DNA of 62,047 nt, the filler included, from Nemertoderma westbladi (taxonomy: Eukaryota; Animalia; Xenacoelomorpha), in NCBI GenBank assembly GCA_032718475.1. It is 4 parts of 4 records of this genome, joined end to end, with 100 filler letters (N's around TTAATTAATTAA, not from the genome) between each part and the next. Parts side by side here need not be neighbours in the genome. Positions count along the whole stretch, not along the records: positions 1 to 26,310 come from JAUCBJ010000514.1; 3 more parts are not named here. One strand, 5' to 3'. Below are positions 1 to 12,609 of this stretch, piece by piece (the first letter of the stretch is position 1; each line of letters starts with the position of its first letter). The translations under genes and the position numbers were made by a program. A model generated the notes under the pieces. It saw nothing but the letters and a program-made list of their open reading frames with translations, made no database searches and was not told where the DNA came from.

Positions 1-1252
1 GCGTGAGTTGGACTGTAGAAAATTCGCTGCTCGATATACGCAGCGTAATGGTACGTATATGGGCTTCTTAACTACTGGTCATCCTATCGATTTACACAAT
101 ACGGACTATGTCGACTATATATCCTGCCCAGCGGAGTCGGAACCATAAACTGAAATTCGAATGCGAAAATTCTATTCGAAATCGACTCGAAAGAAAAGAC
201 ACTAAAGAAACAAATGGACGCAGTAACTCCAACGTATATTTGGAATTCTTGATAGAAGCATTGTAACAACAAATAAATATCACCCGCGTTTCCCCTACCA
301 GACGTGCGTCTTTGGTATTATTACGATAAATGTCCTAGACCCAGCCAATAAACGGAAAGACATAAACATCCACGGAAACGTTGTGTTAAACACAGTTGTG
401 CTCGTTATATTTACTGGAGTTCGAGCGAAACTAGTTTGACGTATCACCTATGCTCACTCGGCTCGAACGATCCTGGAGTAAACCTACGATCAGAGTCCCG
501 GAATACTCGGTCAAATTTCCTCATTCCTTAGTTGGACCTCAGACCTGCGATCCTGATGGTGTCGCGGATCCTCGCGGACTGTATTCACTGTTCAAAGATC
601 TAGTGCTACCCTAACAATTAATCGGTAACACTCCGACAGTGATTTCTAGCTAGCCGCCCATCTTACCTAGCCGGATTGTGACGCGGACATCTAATATCAC
701 TATCCAACCGTATGGTTGTCCCCGTTTAACGCGATACAACCCCTCATCAAGGTGAAGGAGAGCGTTGTACGAAACGAGTTAAACGCTATTCTATAAAGAT
801 CAAAAAAGAAACCTGCGTTTGTTCAGATAAACGTAAGTTATAACAGTAAGTCCAATCGATAAACGAATTGGCTTTATCTCAATTCGATTGGGAAATCCAG
901 AATCTCTAAGAAGTTATCGAACTTGGACGATCCTATTCTCTGCGAGAGTTTGTGGATGAACGTATCCAGCTACGAGCGGAGGAAAATCAGCTCGAGGAGA
1001 AGCATATCGAAACGGCAGATACCTCGACCACAATCCTACACCTTCTGATGCAATCATATTGCACCCTTCACCCAGGAGTTATGGCCCTCCTAGTAAAGTG
1101 GCTCCCCCAAAGAGAAAAAGACTCTTGCTAGCCTCAAAAAACTGCGTAAACGCCGTCTGCGTAAGAAAGACTAACTGTTCAGAGTATCTTTATGTTTTAG
1201 AAACTGTGATTTTTATATTTTATAGACTGAAAATCCCATTTTCTGGGAGCGG
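1..1252 (+). mobile_element. 3' internal region of BEL/Pao LTR retrotransposon copy A (cut by window start)
   Basis: Highly similar to 11404-12609 of element B; ends in purine-rich GGGAGCGG (1245-1252) directly before TG at 1253. Confidence 0.88.
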
Positions 1253-2209
1253 TGTAAAAGCTTTTGCTGAATTGTCCGGTTATTTTTCCTTATTTTTCCC
1301 GTAAAGTACTCTGTAGTTGGTTTACCAGGCATAAAAAGGCCGTGTCCTTGCTGTACTGGTGTTTTAGCGGACATAAAAGCTATTTCTTCTGTATTTGTAC
1401 TTTAGAGGACATAATCCGTAATTCCGTGACGTAAAAGCTCGATACTCTTGAAAACAGTGTCGCTACCATGACGACGGCTAGCAGCTGATATTGCCACGTC
1501 GACGTTTCTTTGTTTCTCTGTTCTCTCGTTGTTCAGGTTGACCAATCAGAGCGTTTGTTGTCTCTGTGTTGGAGGTATATACAGAAACTCAGTAGTTCAG
1601 TGTTATGTTTTTGCCCAGAGCCTAAGAACCGGCTTTTGGCACCTCCGTGTTTCAGTTTTTAGTCTTACACTAGTAGGTTTAATTATAAGGACATATATCC
1701 TTTAACTGCTAACTGATCATACATACTGACTGCTGAAACATTGCAAACTCATAACAATCAGTGTTTTCATTGTTGTTTTATACTGCTATTTACTGTCAGT
1801 TCTTCATAATATGGTTGATGAATTATTATATTTGGAATAACGATAAATAACCCCGAAACCCAATATTCTTGATATACCGAAGGTAAGAGAGAAGGGTTAC
1901 AGATAAACGATTGTGACTTATGTTAAAGTGGTTTGAAGTGAATCTAATGTTATTTGATAGACCCTACATGAGTCAGTCTGTGTTCCTTTTATATGTGACT
2001 AAAATCAGTGAAGATTGGCAGATTAGTGTGCAGTATTGTGCAGCATTGTGTATGAGTGAGTCTGTTAAAGAAGCAATTCCTAAAGAATGCGCCATATATG
2101 TGAATTATAATTGAGCCATATCGTTGTGAGTAGTTTAAGTCATAACTCTGTTTATATAGATAAAGCGCCACGTCCTAAAGGAACTGTTAATATTCCCGAA
2201 GGTGAATAA
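1253..2209 (+). repeat. 3' LTR of copy A, 5' part (interrupted by element B)
   Basis: Starts TGTAAAAGCTTTTG like LTR-B; 3' half near-identical to LTR-B; breaks at GGTGAATAA and resumes at 13833. Confidence 0.9.
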
Positions 2210-3429
2210 TGTAAAAGCTTTTGTGGGATAACTGATTCGTTTGCCTTGTTGGCCAGTTCCCCCCCCCAGTCGCTAGAAATACTCTCAAAGTGATCTATAA
2301 GTTAAAATAGTGCAAGCTACCAGCTTATTGGCTGATTTGCGGTATGCAGGCATCTGGGCTCTGTTTAATCGGCCAACAAGCCTAGGGAGGTTGCGTCATA
2401 GCCTGTTTTTGTATCTCCCAATAGAATTTGAGTTATTCTGGATTTTAACCAATACCAAGCTACTGAACTGAAAATCCGTTTCGTGTGCTCCTAGGTTTCG
2501 CTTTTGATTAAAGTTCTTAATATTTCATCATTCAGTAGTCACGAGTTTTTAAAAGCCACGAAAGAACGGCTTATAGTGTTTTGTGCTTTTCTGCTTTTTA
2601 GTGCAACACTAGTAGGTTTAATTATAAGGACATATATCCTTTAACACAACTAATCACTGTAAAACTCCTGTAAAACTCATCTAACAACACTCTGTGAATA
2701 TCATTCTGCAAACACTGAAACATTGCAAACTCATAACAATCAGTGTTCAGTTGTTGTTTTATACTGCTATTTGCTGTCGGTTATTCATTATATTTGTGGA
2801 TGAATTATTATATTTGGAATAACGAGAAACAACCCCGAAACCCAATATTCTTGATATACCGAAGGTAAGAGAGAAAGGTTACAGATAAACGATTGTGACT
2901 TATGTCAAAGTGGTTTGAAGTGAATCTAATGTTATTTGATAGACCCTACATGAGTCAGTCCGTGTTCCTTTTATATGTGACTAAAATCAGTGAAGATCGG
3001 CAGATTAGTGTGCAGTATGGTGCAGCATTGTGTATGAGTGAGTCTGTTAAAGAAGCATTTCCTAAAGAATGCGCCATATATGTTAATTATAATTGAGCCA
3101 TATCGTTGTGAATAGTTTAAGTCATAACTCTGTTTATATAGATAGAGCGCCACGTCCTAAAGGAACTGTTAATATTCCCCGAAGGTGAATAATATTGTCA
3201 GAGATTATATAATACTGTCAGTCGAATAATACATTAGGCTTACATAGCAATAAGATTAAACCGTCGAACCCAATCTCCCGGGAATATCCAGCGGGTGAAT
3301 GGTCGCGCACGGATTGGTTTCGACTAGTGTAGTGAATCAAATACTTGTCGTAGGCAGAAAAGCGATTTAATATCTAGAAGACATCATAATTTGGCGGGTT
3401 AAACTGCCAAAGGTCTAAAAGCGCGAACA
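2210..3429 (+). repeat. 5' LTR of element B
   Basis: TGTAAAAGC...GCGCGAACA; near-identical to 12610-13827. Confidence 0.95.
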
Positions 3430-3441
3430 TTAAAGGATATA
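3430..3441 (+). promoter_or_regulatory. Atypical primer-binding site TTAAAGGATATA (no TGG; complementary to LTR 2633-2644)
   Basis: Immediately follows the LTR terminal CA; its reverse complement TATATCCTTTAA occurs in all three LTR copies. Confidence 0.6.
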
Positions 3442-3799
3442 GCTTCTTTATTGCAGTAAGCAATAAAGTTGAAAGTACCGGTCAACCGGTAAACCTGAAC
3501 CGGTACATCTGTAGGTCAGTAGGCCCAACTGCCAGAACCGGTACTGCTGTAGGCCCGTAGGTCCAACTGCCAGAATCGGTACATCTGTAGGTCAGTAGGC
3601 CCAACTGTCATAACCGATACCGGTACTGCTGTACAAGTACATTTAGTATTATTCGATTTGATTATATATGCCGGTAGGTCTTAATAATTAATCGGGGACG
3701 CCTGGTTTTTATTGAGATTTTTACTTATTTCTGTCAAGTTTTATTTGTTTGTAGGCCAGTATTGAACAGAAGGCGTGTAAACCTGATCAGATTGTACAG

Positions 3800-4375
3800 A
3801 CAATTTGTAGGCTGAGCTGTTGTCTGATTGCTGTCGGGTCTGAACGGATTACAGTGTGTGTAGAGCACTTGTCCGATTAAGTACGGTTAGGAAGTAGGGG
3901 CAGCGAACGCTGTAAGGTAAACCCCCAAATAAAGAATAAGTCGCACTACTGGGTTAGAGCGCATACTCCCTAATCATTTCGGAGTCTGCATGTCCTGTAT
4001 TTTATTTAGGCTTGAGAGTAGTCTGCCATCGTTTGGTCTGTACTTTGTTTGTGTAAGTCTGTACGGGTAGCGTATAATATTATTTGGATAATTTGTAGGC
4101 TGGATAATTGTCTGGCTGTTGTCAGGTCTGAGCGGATTGCAGTGTGTGTAGGGCACTTGTCCGATTAAGTACGGTTAGGAAGTAGGGGCAGCGAACGCTG
4201 TAAGGTAAACCCCCAATTAAAGAATAAGTCGCACTACTGGGTTAGAGCGCATACTCCCTAATCATTTCGGAGTCTGCATATACCGTAGTTTGTTTGGGCT
4301 TGATAGTAGTCTGTCAGTGTTCGGTCTGTATTTTGTTTGAGTAGTTTGTACGCGTAGCGTAATATTTATTATTCA
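3800..4375 (+). repeat. Tandem duplication of about 288 bp in the leader of element B
   Basis: GTCCGATTAAGTACGGTTAGGAAG block at 3871 and 4159. Confidence 0.85.
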
Positions 4376-5684
4376 GAGTTTATGCGATTATTCGCAACAT
4401 TCATTCCCCAAGTTTGTTCCTACAGTAATTGTGTTTGTTATACATACCGTTATAGTTAAACTAACCCCGGTACTACACGGGCTGCTAGGCGTAGGTAAAG
4501 ACTGGTGATTTTGTGCATCGGTTACTCCAGCAGATGCCGTGGTTCTTTTAGCTGTTCAAGTATCTTTAACTACTGATTATCTGTTGTACAAGTACTCGTA
4601 CCTAATTTAGGGTTTAGTGTACAGTGCTTTCCGAAAGTAATTGTTGTAGGCATTATATTTGTGTTGTAAAGTGGTTGATAGGCACATTCGTTAGCTCTAT
4701 TAACTTCTAGGTAGGAACACTCCGTGATACATAACGTAGTACCTATAGCGATACGGCTGTAGGTCGTCAGGCGGTGGTATTTTCCTATCTAGACAACGCA
4801 GTGTATTTACTACTACTTATTATTTCAAATACCGTAGTACCCTGTCCGTTGTAATAACCAGTTTCTTACCCTTTGTTAGGCTGGTTTGTAGATTTCTTGT
4901 AAAATTACCCTAAAAATTTCGTATTTTGTGTTTTTGTAAATTTTTGTGTTTATTTAGAGATTGCAATCTCAACCCGAATCGTACGTAATTTGTAGTGTTA
5001 AGTAACTTAGGTAAATTAGTATTATTTGTTTAGTGTCCTATAAGTAACACTTCACTGAAAGCGCACCGCTTTGTGTAGTGATTACTCCCCAGAAATAATA
5101 ACATTTATTTCAAACATTGACTAAACCCATTAAAACGGGTATAAATACATTATAAATCAAATCTAACGATTTATAAATAGTAGGCCTACCATAAAACCAT
5201 TAGGTCTCAATATCAGTTGGATTACTGCTTAAATAACGGTAATAAAGTAAGTTAAAGTAACCAAGTAACCCTAAAGTTCAGAAATTCAATTATTCTAAAA
5301 TAATTGATATACCGGTATTTACGATAGGCCTATTATCTTATTTCTATAAATCTAGGCTGAAATTATACCGGTACTTGTAATTAATTCTATTCCAGAATTA
5401 TATATACTACAAACTGTAAGCTGTATACCGGTATTCAGATAGGCCTATTATATATTATATATTTGTGCTAAAATTATACCGGTATTCTGTGATAAACCTA
5501 GTCTGTGATAATACTTATATAGTTATATATACTATAAGTATACCGGTATTCTAATATATTATATATATCACGCTACACTGAGTAGCAGTATCGGTAATTA
5601 ATTACTAGGCTAGCAGTTAATACTGAATTACTAGACTTGCTCAGACTGTAATATAGCAGTAGGCATACAACTGTACACACAAAC

Positions 5685-8600
5685 ATGTCTGATACTAAGC
5701 AGAACCTGTCAGACAGTATACTAGATATAACCGACGCCACCTTTTCTCCAGCGGCGGCGGTGACAGCGGCAGTGGCAACGGCCAAAGCGGAAAGAAAAAT
5801 GGCAGTGGCAATGGCCGAAGCTGAAAGAAAAGTGGTAGTGGCAACGGCCGAAGCGGAAAGAAAAGCGGCAGTGGCAGTGGCAGAAGCAAAACGGAGAGCA
5901 TCTGGGGGGACCGCCCAGCTGGAGTTGGAAGGTCTTCGGGAGACGAGAGACTACATAATTACGCGGTTATCAGTTATTCGAGTGCAGATGATGAGTCGAT
6001 CTACTTCCAAACGCCAAGGGAATACATCATTGGAGGAAAGGCATACCACCGATCCTGAAGATGGAGGAAATAGATCGCGTCTAAGTAGACGTAAAAGGAC
6101 ATTCCACCGTCAGAAATTGCCTGATTTGCCTCCAGCTGTTAGAAGGCAACTAAATAACACCAACTTAGGTAGTACAGAGCCCACAGACCAAATAATTAAA
6201 ATAGAAAGACTCCCTACTATAGTAGATGAGCCTGAAATAATTAGGCCTGTTCTCGAAATCACCCCTTCGGTGATAGACACACCCGTACTCCCTAAAGTTA
6301 CCTCTAAATTCCCTCTGCATAGCACTAAGCTACCTGTGCCCCGTGGAACTGCCCAGGAGACAGTTCAGGTCCTGGACCCCGAGCGAAACATTCAGGATTT
6401 GTCGCCCGTTGTCCCTCGTCTGCCCGCTACGACGTTGGCGGATCCCGTTTCGGCGGTTGATTGGGTGGACGAGAGACGACGGGGGATGGATCTCCTGCTC
6501 GGGCAGATGCAGGAGACTGTCCAGCAGTTTAAGGGCACAGTGAGGGAAAGTAGGTTAGAGTTGCAAGAAGTGCAACAAAGTATCGCGTTAGAACGCGATA
6601 AATTAGTAAACTTAAAAAAGGGTATACCACCACCCTCTGTAACCATGTGTCAACCTGCTAGGTCTTAAGTGTATCATGCGCGAGGTGTGTCGCCTACACG
6701 CATATATACTGCTAGCCAAGTAGAAACACCCTCTGTAACAATGTGTCAACCTGTTAGGTCTGAAGTATCTCATGCGGAAGGTGTGGAGCCTACACGCATC
6801 TATACTGCTAGCGAAGTAGAAACTCCTATAGTGAACCCTATTAAGGGTAATTATAGACCTGTTGATAATGATATTCCCTATAGAACTGACCATAATCCGA
6901 GAAATTTATATACCGATAACTCGATATTAAATAGCACGATGGCCCAAGAAAGTTTTACGCGTCAAATGGCTAGAACCGAAGCCCGGCAAGCGGTAAAGGT
7001 TGGAGAGATCGTCAAGTTCAATGGAGATGAGATGAAATGGTTACCTTTTAATGAATATTACAAAGATAACATACAGAACTCTGTACTATCTAATGGAGAA
7101 AAACTTAGATACCTCATCGAGTGCTTGGAAGGATCTCCCAAGTTAATGGCGTTAAAGTTTATTGGACATCCAGATGGATTAAGACAAGTTTGGGATACAC
7201 TAAACATCAGGTATGGTAATAGGACTAACATAGCTAGGTATTTATATGCGAAATTAATGGCGCCCCGAAAGTTTCTTAGCAGCGGGATTATAGAGTTTTC
7301 CGATGAGATTCAGGAGATCTGTAGACAACTAGATTGGTTAGGTAAGTCTCATGAATACCAGAATTCTATGGTTGTAGGAGCCTTAGCATCTACTTTGCCC
7401 AAGGGTGGAGTAGGTACACGCTGGGACAAGAAGGTGTTATATATGATGGAACAACAACAACGAGACCCTACCATGGCTGATCTCATGTCATTCTTAGATG
7501 GAGAAGTGAAATTACAGCTCCTAAGACAGTCCAGAGAGAAGACACTGGAAAACAAGGTAAGTGAGAAACCCGTTTCTAGGAGAAGGGTAATACCAGTATG
7601 TTATACCGACGACGGTGAAAGCCAAACTTCTCAAGGAGAGGACAGCGGGAAAGACACTGACAGATCTTATGTCAATAAAATGCCTAAAGATCAGGTAAGT
7701 AAATCCAAGTCTCGACCCAATGACAGAAGGGAACCGGTACAAAAAACCCCTCCTACGTCTCCTAAAAGAATTCAGGTGAGAAAGCCCGAGGAAAGAACAA
7801 GTGTGCACCACACAGCACATGTTAAGGTAAGTAACATCAAGCCCAAATGTGTGCTGTGCGACGGGCCCCACCGTTTAAATGCGTGTGATAAATTCCTGAG
7901 GAAATCACTAAAGGATAGACGTGAAGTCATGTGGGATAAGCGGTTGTGTTATAATTGCCTCAGACGAGGACACCAACGGCGAACCTGTAACTCCGACGCA
8001 AGGTGTGCAAAGTGCGGCGCAAAACATCATATCTTGTTGCACACGGAATTCGAACGAAACAGCCCGAGTCAGGTAAGTGAGTCCGAACTACATGTCCAAT
8101 TCAGTGATGTGAACGACACTGATCAATCTGAGATGGAAGGATTCTATACAGACGAGTTCTCCGACCAAAACGAATCCTGTTACCTAATAAACACCACCGC
8201 AGTGTATCGAGCACTCGTGTATGAGAAAGACACAGACAGCGACCTCACTCTAACTACTTCTGAACGACAACCGTCTTGGAAAGAGCCATCTTCCAATCTA
8301 GGGATTAGAGAATTTCCTGTGGTACAGGTAAGGGTTCACGGACCTAAACGGAGTTATGTAGTGAACGCCCTCCTTGACTCCGGTAGTACAGGAACATTCA
8401 TCGACCAAGAGCTAGCCGAAGACATATTTGCTGGACAACCCAAGTTCCGAACTACGCTCAACATGTCAGGCATTATGCAAGTCTGGAAATCCACAATAAC
8501 AGCGGATTATTATGTAGGAGCATTGTCCACCCCCCAGGACGAACTAGGAGAACATAGCATCAGGTCAGTGAAAATGGTGACTATAAAGAACTTCGCTACT

Positions 8601-9587
8601 ACTCAAGCAGACCTTTATAATTGGGACGAGGATGAGAGCATCCAACATCTTAACATACCTCGATTCCAGACTGATTATCCTGGAGTGCAAATACTCATCA
8701 GCCAAAACGCGCATGAGGCGCTGGAGACATTAGAGAAACGGCCTGCTCAACCGCAGCCACTACAGACCTATGCGGTAAGAACTAGAGTAGGTTGGTACCT
8801 TACTGGACCTTCCCGTAGAACGCTCAGGGAAAGACTGCTTCAAGATCGCGTCTGCCAGGTGAGTGAATGGGAAGATGATACTAGTGAGGGAGACGACCCA
8901 ACTGAGGGAACACCACACTCCTCAGATAATGACAATCTTAGCTCCAATATAGATCAATGGAGATATTGCCCCGAGAAGTTTAATCCAACGGACATCGCTT
9001 CCAGAGGAGCAACTCCTCAAGAACTGACAGATACTATAGACCGGTTAGGTGAACCCGACTTCCTGAGTAAGGAGAATGAATGGCCTCCCCATCTTACTCC
9101 GACTGAGATTAGACCAGCCAAGGGAGCGGAGAAAGTCGAACCTGAAACCCGGACGGGTGGATCGGAGTTATTTGAACCCGGGATAGATCTGTCGGTATTA
9201 CATGTTGCCAGGGACGACGCCGTGGATCTGGACCTCCCCACCGCGAGTGGATCCTTCATGAAGATCAGAGAGAGCGATTGGAGCTCTGGAACATCAGACG
9301 TCTCGCAGGGACTCTCACCTCTCCTGCAGAGAGCGACGGACCACTATAGCTCCTGGAATCGGCTTTGTGACGCCGTCATATACTTTGAGCGATGTTTCTA
9401 TCGTCACTATTCCAGGACGAAGAGGAAACCTGGAATTGTATTCAGGATGCAGCGACTCAATCACCCAGTCGGTCGTTTGTGTTTACCGGAAGGGAATGGA
9501 GGACTCTCCGGAAACTGTGGAAGGCAAGATTCTCTTCCCACGACCACCTCCCTAATCCTTCAAACATCTAGGGACTCCATAACGTAA
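5685..9587 (+). pseudogene. gag: BEL/Pao gag-aspartic protease polyprotein with one in-frame stop (6666-6668) and an RNase H remnant
   Basis: ORFs 5685-6668 and 6669-9587 share a frame. Motifs: KFNGDEMKWLPF...EKLRYLIECLEG (DUF1759-like); knuckles CVLCDGPHRLNAC, CYNCLRRGHQRRTC, CAKCGAKHHILLH; protease ALLDSGS; Pao remnant WRYCPEKFNPTDIASRG. No YxDD RT or integrase motifs seen. Confidence 0.9.
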
Positions 9588-11245
9588 CAACATATGGAGT
9601 GGGTGTGTGACTCTATTATTTTATATTATTTTATTATTTTTATATTTATGTATGTATTACTATGTAATTCTATTATAATCGTTTTCTTTAATTTTATTCA
9701 GTAGAATGTTATTTTAGCGATTATTTAGTAGAATAGTGCAATATATTCGTGTTTATTACGTAAGTAATTACTTATATTATATTAGTGCGACGGCGAAGAA
9801 ATAATAATTTTTTCTCTTTCCTTACTGTCCGTATTATATTATAAATACGTAACTACAGTAAGATGAAATGTCCGTACTTATTAAAGTACAATAAAGCCAC
9901 TACTATATTCATGTATTATTGGTAGGCAGAGTATTAGGAATGCAAAGTTCAGATCCTCGTGTCTCGGCTAAACCAAGCTCTGGGTAGACCTTGGAAACGA
10001 CTTGCCTCTTCACACTGACATTGCTTCGTGCGATATTGCTCTCATACCGTATATTAAATAATACATATAGTAGCGTGATGTCCCTTAACAGTAGCGTATA
10101 ACGCAAAATAAATCTGTTAAACCCTTTGACCATCTGTAATTCTAGTCGATTAAGATATCGTGGCACCCACCGATATACTTGAAAGACAAATTATAGAATC
10201 AGTGGTTAACGTCCCCAGACAAGTTCTGGAATAAATCGGTGCCCATCTCAAATATTAATTATTTAATATTTGCAAATCTAATATGTCAAATTCTGCAAAA
10301 TTCAGATCCTTTAACAATTCTCGTCGATTAAGATATCGTAGCATTTACCGATATTCTTAAAAGGACAATTTTCGTAGAATTAAGGATCTTGTGTCCCCAG
10401 ACATGTTTTAGAATCAAAATATGTCTATTTAAGTGTCAAATAATAAAATTTCAGGGAATAAATTTAAATTCATGTCTTTTAATGAATTTAATAAATTGCC
10501 ATTTTACGCAATTTATAACATTCCCAAAATTCCATTAATTAATAGATCAGGGGAGCGGAGATTTATATTATTATGCGTATGCGTGTACGAAAGTCTCCCA
10601 AACATAGTCAATAGCCGATAAAATTCATAAAGTCATGTATAAAACAGGACATTGACTATTAAAGAATTACTATTAAATAACATCCCAGATCTGTATGCAT
10701 TGGAATTACCCTAATTCTACCGCTAGCTTCACATAATGTCACCATAGCAACAACCACGCTAGAATTAGAATTGAGTTAAAGGAACAATAGAAAGCTTGTC
10801 CCATTGAATAGGATAGGGAATAAATAGCGCACTGCTAGTATCCAAGGATATATAATAATACAGTGACATTCTGGAAGGCATTGACTAACGTACAAGTGAC
10901 CCGAGTGTGTGTAATTTGTGACAAGTTGTGTGTGTGGTATTTGTGAGTTTATAGGCGAATGTTACTACTAAGGTGTGTTTACAGTAGCGAGTCGCAATCG
11001 TGAAAGTAACCATAACTCTCCAGTAAGAACCTGAGGTATATCTAAGCCTTTGGGACGGACAGTCGAGTGACTTGTGCCGGTTGTCGTTGTCGTTGTGCGG
11101 CTACGTCGTTGGCGAAAGTACAGCGGCGACGACACATCGGCGCTGAGGATCTCGTACTGTCCGGGGGTTGATTGGAGTAGGCAGCGACGCCCGCTCGCCT
11201 AAATATAAACTCATTATAATATGGATAAACTCATATATAGCAGAT

Positions 11246-11551
11246 ATGACGGAGTTGATAGAAGATGGTCTTGGTATCGGGGAGCGATATACTCTACTTT
11301 TACAAGCGTTTGTTGATAGCTTAATACGCGGCAACGTTAGTCCAACTGCTGCGGAGGACGATGGTCTTTATATCGAACCGCCAATGTCCCAAGAGCAGCT
11401 CACGCGTGAGTTGGACTATAGAAAATTTGCTGCTCGATATACGCAGCGTAATGGTACGTATATGGGCTTCTTAACTACTGGTCATCCTATCGATTTACAC
11501 AATACGGACTATGTCGACTATATATCCTGCCCAGCGGAGTCGGAACCATAA
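11246..11551 (+). CDS. Accessory ORF of unknown function in the 3' region of element B (probably part of a longer decayed frame to 12531)
   Basis: 101-aa ATG ORF; its 3' half is also present in copy A; the basic tail 12310-12531 is homologous to the end of 47379-47768. Confidence 0.35.
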   Translation: MTELIEDGLGIGERYTLLLQAFVDSLIRGNVSPTAAEDDGLYIEPPMSQEQLTRELDYRKFAARYTQRNGTYMGFLTTGHPIDLHNTDYVDYISCPAESEP

Positions 11552-12609
11552 ACAGAAATTCGAATGCGAAAATTCTATTCGAAATCGACTCGAAAGAAAA
11601 GACACTAAAGAAACACATGGACGCGGTAACTCCAACGTATATTTGGAATTCTTGATAGAAGCATTGTAACAACAAATAAATATCACCCGCGTTTACCTTA
11701 CCAGACGTGCGTCTTTGGTATTATTACGATAAATGCCCTAGACCCAACTAATAAACGGAAAGACATAAACATCCACGGAAACCGAAACTTGTTGACGTAT
11801 CACCTATGCTCACTCAGCTCGAACGATCCTGGAGTAAACCTACGATCAGAGTCCCGGAATACTCGGTCAAACCTCCTCATTCCTTAGTTGGACCTCAGAC
11901 CTGCGATCCTGGTGGTGTCGCGGATCCTCGCGGACTGTATTCACTGTTCAAAGATCTAGTGCTACCCTAACAATTAATCGGTAACACTCCGACAGTGATT
12001 TCTAGCTAGTCGCCCATCTTACCTAGCCGGATTGTGACGCGGACACCTAATATCACTATCCAATCGTATGGTCGTTCCCGTTTAACGCGATACAACCCTT
12101 CATCAAGGTGAAGGAGAGCGTTGTACAAACGAGTTAAACGCTATTCTACAAAGATCAGAAAGGAAACCTGCGTTTGTTCAGATAAACGTAAGTTGTAACA
12201 GCAAGTCCAAGCGATAAACGAATTGTCTTTATCTCAGTTCGATTGTAAAATCCAGAATCTCTAAGAAGATATCGAACTTAGGCAACCCATTCTCTGCGAG
12301 AGTTTTTGGATGAACGTATCCAGCTACTCTAGCGGAGGAAAATCAGCTCGAGGAGAAGCATATCGAAACGGCGGATATACCGATCGTAATCCTACCCCTT
12401 CTGATGCAATCGTATTGCACCCTTCGCCTAGGAGCTACAGCCCTCCTCATAAAGTGGCTCGCCCCAAAGAGAAAAGGACTCTTGCTAGCCTCAAGAAACT
12501 GCGTAAACGCCGTTCGCGCAAGAAAGACTAACTGTTTACAGTATTTTTATATTTTAGAAACTGTGATTTTGTATATTTTATAGACTTAAATCCCATTTTC
12601 TGGGAGCGG

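Noticed and set aside
2615-2624. GGTTTAATTA match to the start of nematode SL1
   Set aside because: Only 10 AT-rich nt; the rest of SL1, the donor site and the Sm site do not follow.
2634-2645. ATATCCTTT resembling a U12-type 5' splice site
   Set aside because: No matching branch point and AC acceptor identified; PBS complementarity explains the conservation better, though this is not excluded.
1920-3153. Repeated 60-64-aa ORFs (also 13300-13551)
   Set aside because: They recur only because they lie in LTR copies; no coding features.
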